Source of the DNA: Octopus sinensis
Lineage: Eukaryota
Assembly (NCBI RefSeq): GCF_006345805.1
Contig: NC_042998.1
Location: 4,154,001 to 4,218,000, forward strand
DNA: 64,000 nucleotides
Direction of reading: 5' to 3'
Below the pieces are notes generated by a model, which saw nothing but the letters and a program-made list of their open reading frames with translations, was not told where the DNA came from and did not search any database. Made by a program: the position numbers and the translations under genes. The number at the start of each line of letters is the position of its first letter. Position 1 is the first letter of the stretch. This document shows positions 55,783-64,000 of this stretch, piece by piece.

Positions 55783-56530
55783 TTTCTTTTTTTTCTCTAG
55801 TTTCAGCTCAGAGCTGCGGCCATGCTGATGCACCGCCGTTTTGTGCTACACTGTTATTACGACGAACCTCGTCTAATATGTAGCACTTGGTGAAGAATGG
55901 AGTTTGATACAGCTACTCTCATTTGCACCTCTTGCCGTGAGGTAGGTTCATCTGGGACTCTTGACAGGAAGATGTCCAGCTTTGATTTAAAAACCGCTAC
56001 ATCTACTTTGTGCAAGTTCCTCAGACTCTTTGGGAGAATATTGAAAATATTTGGGCTCTTGAAACCCAGGCTGTTGCAGAAGCTGGTCCTGAAGCGTGAT
56101 GGCATTGCTGGGATCTTTGGCACTATGCAGTGTCGTCCCGTTCTAGCATTGGTGTAGCTTACAATGCCAAAATTTGGCACAATTCCTTCCAGGATCTTCC
56201 AGACATATATCACTGCATACCTTTCCCGTCTTCTCTCCAGGGAGTAGAGTCTTAGCTGTTTCAACCTTTCCCAGTAGCTGAGCTGTTGCAAAGAGACGAT
56301 CCTCTTTGTGAATCTTCTCTGGTCTGCTTCAAAGTCCGCTGTTAATTTTACACTGGTGGGTGACCATAGCTGTGAGCAGTAATCCAGGCGACTGAGGACG
56401 AACGTCCGCCAGAGGACCATCATGGTTTCCTTATCTCAGGTTCTGAATGTTCTTAGGATCCACCAAGCCAGTCGTCTGCACTTTGTCGCCATTCTGGTGA
56501 TGTGCACTTGGAAAGAGGTATCATCACTCA
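55780..56530 (-). mobile_element. CR1-group LINE, 5'-truncated C-terminal ORF2 and 3' UTR
   Basis: LWRTFVLSRLDYCSQLWSP..QRRFTKRI..LSYWERLKQLRLYSLERRRER..IYVWKIL..FKSKLDIFLSRVPDEP; A-rich tail; (TA)n on both flanks. Confidence 0.9.
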
Positions 56531-57099
56531 TGTATATATATATATATATATACTTAATCATATTGGAGAGAAATGGAAAATTTCCCTTCGCTATTTTAAT
56601 AGAAATTTCCACTTCCAGTGACCTAGAGTGTAAAAATTTAGTCGAAAGACTATGTATTACTCATAAAATACAGCGTACATTTAAACACATAAGAGGAATC
56701 CACTCATGGGATTAATCACGCTAGAAAGAACAGCTAGGTTCCAAAACCACAAAATTAGGGATAAAATCCCGAATGGAACGAAGTGAAAACATAAAAACGT
56801 TTAACATCTAGTTTCCTGGACCAATTGGTTTCTGATTTTAGTTTACCAAAAAGATAATTTGCTAGGTGATAATTTTTATATATAAATATATATATATGCA
56901 CACTCACGTGCGCGTACACAGGTACATACACCGATTCTCTCCTAAGTGTTACGCAATAGAAGAAATAGAATATACAGTCGAAGTGATGTAGTTATTTTCA
57001 ATGCGTACGTGTCAATGCATAAAACCAGCATTTCCAATGTTATATATGTATTATGTGTATTCATGTATATGTATATGTATATATATACATATATATATG

Positions 57100-57145
<46 letters not shown>

Positions 57146-57240
57146 CATGTATATATATATATATACATGTGTGCGTATGTGTGTGAGTGTGTGTGTGTGT
57201 GTGTGTGCGTGTATGTATATATGTATATATATATCTGTAT

Positions 57241-57283
<43 letters not shown>

Positions 57284-57375
57284 CAGACATATATTTATAT
57301 AAATACACTTTAACACACAAACACACACACACATATATATATAAATATATATATATAAGCAGACATATATTAATA

Positions 57376-57433
<58 letters not shown>

Positions 57434-57981
57434 GATATATATATATATATATATAATATGTATATATACCAAATCATTAAGTGAGCGTTAATATGACGAT
57501 AGAGATGTATATATGCTGAAATCAGCAGAATCTGTTTGTTAACGGATAAAAATAAATATCCGTATGAAATTCCAGAGTCTTTGATCTCAAGATTTCCTGT
57601 GTTACATCCCAATTATCAGTGGAGGCCTAATAATCATACATTTCTAATTTATCAGAGGTCTTATTATCATACATATCTAATTTATAACAGTACGGTATTC
57701 TTTTTATATATTTTTTCGAGCTACTGATTATGAATGTGAGAAATTTTATCTGCTCAGAAATGCGAGTGTCTCTCTATGGATATGTGTGTCTGCTGTTTGT
57801 ATGTGTGTGTGTGCGTGTGTAAGTGTGGTGTTGTTTGTTCCATCATCTCTTTACAAACTTTTATATGCGCACAAATATTATGTGTGTAACTATCAATACA
57901 TGCGTGTACGTATGTATACACACATACACATTATGCCTATATATATATATATACATGTATATATATATATATGTATATATA

Positions 57982-58057
<76 letters not shown>

Positions 58058-58490
58058 TATATAACACAACACGTCATCACTTCATTTCACATTGTCCTGC
58101 GGATGGGAGTGTGGAAAATCGTTGCCGCATTCGCAGAAATGCTGTACAGTATATCTTCCGGATCTCTACATTCTTAGTTCAAATCCTACCTGTCTGAATA
58201 AGGCAGCGGGAAACCACTTCAGCATTTATCTCAAATATCTGGTAACCAAAGGTGCAGTGATCTACTCAACGGCTGTAAGGGATGTTAAGTGCCCTTCCAG
58301 GTCAAACAGAGAGTGCTGGAGAAGGCTGACATACACAAGACCTTCCTAAATTAGACCACCACTAGATAAGATTTCTGCCGCACTCTGTATTTAAATACTT
58401 ATATATTGCCAATCTCGTATGAAAATTCTCGTGTGGACGGTGTTTGTAATTTAAACAAACAGAATTGTGATCGATCTTGTTAAGGTGATT

Positions 58491-58912
58491 TTACTCTTTT
58501 CACTCTTTTACTCTTTTACTTGTTTCAGTCATTTGACTGCGGCCATGCTGGAGCACCACCTTTAGTCGAGCAAATCGACCCCGGGACTTATTCTTTTGTA
58601 AGCCCAGTACTTATTCTATCGGTATCTTTTTGCCGAACCGCTAAGTGACGGGGACATAAACACACCAGCATCGGTTGTCAAGCGATGGTGGGGGGACAAA
58701 CACAGACACACAAACATATACACACACACATATATATATACATATATACGATAGGCGTCTTTCAGTTTCCATCTACCTAGTCCACTCACTTGGATTTGGT
58801 CGGCCCGGGGCTATAGCAGAAGACACTTGCCCAAGATGCCACGCAGTGGGACTGAACCCGGAACCATGTGGTTGGTAAACAAGCTACTTACCACACAGCC
58901 ACTCCTGCGCCT
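58491..58912 (-). mobile_element. SINE family A
   Basis: Reverse complement of family A with a (AGAGTAAA)-like tail repeat. Confidence 0.92.
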
Positions 58913-59319
58913 GTTTTTTTACAATCTGCAGATTACAACAATCGGTGAATTACTCAGCCTCTCGCACTTAACTCACTCAGGATTTTGTTGAACTTAACAT
59001 ATAATTGGGATAGTTATCATAAAACTCAAAGCGTTTCGATATTTACTTACAGCCCTACAATAACTCTTTTTTGTAGCTGTTGACATCGAAGCACATCTCA
59101 TGAAGCTATGAATAATAGCGTGTCAATACTGGGTTGGAAAACCCCTTTGGGCAGAAAATAACAGCAACAAGAACAAAACATATGTATATATATATATATG
59201 TATATGCGTGTGTGTGTGTGTGTGTGTAAATACGTACGTTTGATGCACATCTGTGTGCGCGTGAGGATGCGTGTATTTATGTATGCAGATATATATCGAT
59301 AAATGTATTTATATATTTG

Positions 59320-59385
<66 letters not shown>

Positions 59386-59501
59386 GAGAGAAAGAAAGAA
59401 TGATAGAAATATCTATATATTTATATGAATGAATATATATACACATAAGTGTGTACGTACATATTTATGCTCACCTTATAGTAGGTATGTATCTAAATTT
59501 T

Positions 59502-59876
59502 AAGGCGGTGAGGTGGCAGAAACGTTAGCACGCCGGGCGAAATGTTTAGCGATATTTCGTCTGCTGCCGAGGTTGACTTTGCCTCGATTAAATAAGTACC
59601 AGTTACGCACTGGGTCGATATAATCGACTTAATCCGTTTGTCTGTCCTTGTTCGTCTCCTCTGTGTGTATCCCCTTGTGGGTAGTAAAGAAATAGGCATT
59701 TCTTCTGCCGCTACGTTCTGAGTTCAAATTCCGCCGAGGTCGACTTTGCCTTTCATCCTTTCGGGGTCGATAAAATAAGTACCAGCTGAGCACTAAGGTC
59801 GATATAATCGACTTAATCTGTTTGTCTGTCCTTGTTTGTCCCTTCTATGTTTAGCCCCTTGTGGGTAGTAAAGAAA
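59502..59876 (+). mobile_element. SINE family B dimer with a 20-bp TSD
   Basis: TAGGTATGTATCTAAATTTT at 59482-59501 and 59877-59896; two tandem bodies. Confidence 0.92.
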
Positions 59877-60304
59877 TAGGTATGTATCTAAATTTTGTAC
59901 GACCGTCTTAGTCTATCTTTCATTCCCCCTCTTACTTTCTACCTCTTTCGTTTTTCTCGCTCCCCACATCTCTCTCTCTCACAATTCTTGGCTCTCTCTT
60001 TATCTCCCACTTTTCCTCCTCGTTTATCTCCCCTGTGCCCTTCCTTTTGTCTCTGATATTTTTCTAGTCCTTCAATCCCGCTGCCCCTCACCCTCTCTCC
60101 TCCTTCCAAGTGACTGGTGTTCGGCCAGCCATGATTTTCCTTTCTTGGCCTGGCTGCTGAAGGCCACGAATGACACGTCTTTTTTTGCCTGTCCTTCTAA
60201 TTTTTGTTTCTCCTGTCTGCCTTTTCTATCGTCTATCTGTCCAAATGTTTTATTGTCCTCTATTGCATTTTTGTTCCATTTTATATATGCATATATATAC
60301 ATAT

Positions 60305-60356
<52 letters not shown>

Positions 60357-61394
60357 GTATGTAAGTATGTATATATATATATACATACATACATACATAT
60401 ATATATATATATGTATATATATATATGTATGTATGTATATATATGTGTGTGCGTGTGTGTGTATGCGTAAAGTTACGTGCATGTGGAAATGTATCTATAT
60501 ATATATCAATCAGTCTTTCGATCTATTTATCTACTCTCTCGATCTGAGGCTTCCACTCACTGTCACTCCTGTGTATATACACGTTCATGTATTAACCATA
60601 AATAATATGTCTGTTTTATGTATTCACACGAATGCAGTGAAATAACTACACCACTTTGTCTCACATTATAAAGGACATATATGTTATTTCTCTTACACCG
60701 TAATATTTAAGGAGGAAATAAATTTGGAGATTGTTCAAGTTGAGTGCCTCGAAACCTTTGAAGAAGAGATCTGTGAAGATGCGAATAATAATAAGAAATT
60801 ACTCTCCATCAAATTATGATAATTTTAAACTAGACAATAGTGGATACGAGGAAACAGTTTAACAGTAATGACGGCAAATTATGAAAGTGATTTCATAGAA
60901 AGTTAAAGGAAATAGAAGATCGTATTAAAGAGGAAGTATTCTATTTTTTTTTTGTTTTATCGTAGTCTGGGAAGATATAAATTGTTTGAAGTTGTGGTAC
61001 AATATCTGACTAAATCTTTTTGATTTGGCAGTCATAGTCAAACAATTAAGATGCTAATGAATTGATGAATGGTTTCGTTGTTTACCTATTTTTTTCTAGA
61101 GTGAAAACATTTGTGGTGCTGGTGGTGGATGGTAGAATAAGCAGGAAAATTATTATGTTATTGATACGAGTTTCTTTAAATGCTTCTCCACCACCCTCTT
61201 AATGCAGGACAAATTTCGATTAGGAAGGAAATACCGCCATATTTACTACCCAAGAGAAAAATTATGTTTTTGTATTATGGTTTATGCTAAATTCTTGCCA
61301 GAAAACGGTTGTTTTAGTTTATACTATCTGGCATGAATAATGACAAAGAAGTATAGATTTATTAATATATCTTATATTGTGTGCAAATTTTGAC

Positions 61395-61593
61395 ACAAAG
61401 CCAACAATTTATGGGGTGGGAACAAGTCGATTACATCAACCCCATGACTCAACTGGCGTTTATTTTATCAACTCTGAAAAACTGAAAGTGGAAATTTGAA
61501 CTGGGGCGGAATTTGAACTCAGAACATGAAGATTAACGAAATGCCGCTAAACATTTTGCCCAGCATGCTAACGGTTCTGCCAGCTCACTGCTT
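61395..61593 (-). mobile_element. SINE family B', degenerate
   Basis: GAATTTGAACTCAGAAC, ATTTTGCCCAGCATGCTAACG.TTCTGCCAGCTC; similar to 1381-1586. Confidence 0.75.
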
Positions 61594-62358
61594 TATCTAT
61601 ATCAAATACTAACGAAAAGTTGTGAAGTAAAATTCGTGGTATATATTAAACATTTGTTCTTCTTTATAGTTTAGACCAAATCGGTTAAATCAGTGAAAAA
61701 TACCAAAACAAAAACATGTTCAAACATATCCCGTGCGTGTTCGAGCATTTTTATTTGCTAAAAACATTTCTACATTTCCTCTATAGCTGAGTGACTTATA
61801 ACAGAAACAAAAACAATTAGCTGTAAACACATCTGCTCCAATGATATGCAAATACTTAAATTTAATAAAAGTATTTGATATATACTAACATAGAAACCTG
61901 GGTATATAAATAAATACAAAGTGGGATAAAAATTACCTTTTTGGATTCATTTTAGACTTCATTGTTGTCTGTCAGGAGAAATATGCAAACGGATATAACG
62001 GAGGAGCATTTTAATATTTGCGTGTAGGTGACATAATATTATATTTCGCAATAGGTCCCATGCAAATGTATTTTGAGTGTCTCTGAACTTATATTTTATG
62101 CAATCACATTTTGAACTAACTGGAAAAGATTCAAGTATGTATATACGCTTCCTAGAGATTGTTTAGGATATAATTTTACATAGGAAAATGTATTGCCATT
62201 CATATGAGACGATATTATATCTCACACGCTATTACATAGTGACTAAGTGAATATGTTTCATCATATGGCTTCAGAAGGATAAGATCGATATTTAAATACC
62301 GATCTTATCAGGTGGCCAGCAAGGGAATAAAAACCTTTCAAAGGTAATAACTATTTAA

Positions 62359-62668
62359 AATTATAATTTACGGTATCTAAAAGATACCACCACGTTTGAA
62401 ATAGCAGTCAAAACCTGACTCTAAAACCACATTAAATGTTCATACAGCACCAGGAGAGAAAACAAAAAGATAAAATAAATTAGCAAACAAATTACTAGAT
62501 AATTCCAGATCCCGGATTTCTGGCTTTGCATAATAAATTCTTTCTTTGCCTTCATCAGTGGAATACACTGATATTGTTGCTGTATGAACATTTAATGTGG
62601 TTTTAGAGTCAGGTTTTGACTGCTATTTCACGCGTGGTGGTATCACTTAGATACCCTAAATTATAATT
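62359..62668. repeat. Inverted repeat, 90-bp arms (62359-62448 / 62579-62668), 130-bp spacer
   Basis: 5 mismatches in 90 bp by manual alignment. Confidence 0.92.
62502..62564 (-). ncRNA. Type I hammerhead motif in the inverted-repeat spacer
   Basis: Minus ATTCCA CTGATGA a GGC..GCC a GAAA TCCGGGA TC TGGAAT; AUC triplet, palindromic AUCCgGGAU stem III. Confidence 0.7.
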
Positions 62669-63517
62669 ATATATATATATATATACTTGCATATACATAC
62701 ATACAAACATATGTAAGCATGTTCGTCTATAGATATATGGTCAAGATGGATGTTTATATAGAGCTGAAATCCAATAAATTAAGCAAATCAATAGACTAAA
62801 ATCTGTAAAAGAAAGAATATTGTGTAAAGTCATATACATAACCGCCTTTGAGTAAAATTATTGCTACCGAAATTAAAAGTTCAATAAAATAAGAACTGTT
62901 AATATGGAGGATTTAGATCATTGGCTACATTAGACCCTGGGACACAGTCGCTTTATTTAATTGAATGAAGTCGTTATTGACAAGCAAGTCAATATTGATT
63001 TTAAGTAGGAAAGACTATAAATGTTTCTGTGCCATTCGAAATCAAGTTACGATGCTCCCATAAAAAGTTACGCGTACAACACATTCTTATTTCATCAAAT
63101 CCATAATTATTTTAAAGCGAAAGTACAACTCTGTAAGACAAAACAACATTATTGCTGGAAAAAGGGAGTGACATTAGATTATTGTATAGTGCCAGACAAT
63201 TATTGAGGTCATCATTAATTTTCTCGTGGAGAATGGACATTGTACCTTAGAAAGATTTATTAAAACAAAAGCTGGTGTAATTCAATTAAATTGTCTTAGA
63301 TGCAAAAAAAACCCAGTCATTTGATCTTAGAGGCATTTTATTGAAATATACGCTGTCAAAGAAAAGAGACTAAGTTATGTATATACTTAGGATTTTCTGA
63401 GATACATAAACTCATAAAACATATTATATGCATACGTACATACATAATACATACATACGTACATACATACATATATCTATACACGCACACAGACACATAT
63501 ATGTATGTATATTCATA

Positions 63518-63558
<41 letters not shown>

Positions 63559-63562
63559 TATA

Positions 63563-63601
<39 letters not shown>

Positions 63602-64000
63602 TGTACATATATATGTATATACATATACTGTATACTATATATATCTGTATAAATATATAGCTTAGAATTATCTGATTATGTATATCAACACAAACGGAAA
63701 AATCTGAACTATGAGACAAATTTAATCGATTTATTCATTACTGCATAACTGACCTTTTACTCGGATTTTCAATAAAATATTTTCACATAAACTAACTGAA
63801 TCTCTCATATTTCGACTCCTTTTTTCCGTCTTTCATTACATATTATATATATATATAATATATATATATATATATGTATATATATGTGTGAATATATATA
63901 TATATATATATATACATATATATACATATTTATATATGTATGTATGCATGTACGCGTATACAAGTATATATATATATATATATAGATATATATATATATA

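Noticed and set aside
56545-56720. Possible PLE GIY-YIG C-terminal remnant
   Set aside because: Only faint similarity (ERL..KIQRTF..HGIN) across frames; not supportable

Overview
AT-rich, microsatellite-dense eukaryotic DNA. The SINE families and repeat style point to an octopus or other coleoid cephalopod genome; this is recognition, not a database result. No intact protein-coding gene is visible, and almost all low-complexity ORFs in the track are microsatellite translations. The window is mostly retroelements: three Tx1-like (L1 clade) LINE pieces tied to (CTAT)n; a ~9 kb nest of three R4/Dong-like RLE families plus a 555-bp non-coding element, all inserted strand-specifically into (TAA)n; several Penelope-like (PLE) fragments; a CR1-like 3' end; and many tRNA-derived SINEs. 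DNA transposons include a decayed mariner, a non-autonomous Helitron with canonical ends and a MITE carrying TTAGGG repeats. The most striking signal is six minimal type I hammerhead-ribozyme motifs from four sequence families, each at or inside a local inverted duplication. One of them is fused to a tRNA-like Pol III head, making it a candidate SINE-like PLE-mobilised 'retrozyme'. Other leads are a SINE/CR1 shared 3' hairpin with compensatory changes, a SINE dimer flanked by a 20-bp TSD, and + strand splice signals (a 71-nt intron, a 33-nt exon and a candidate recursive splice site).
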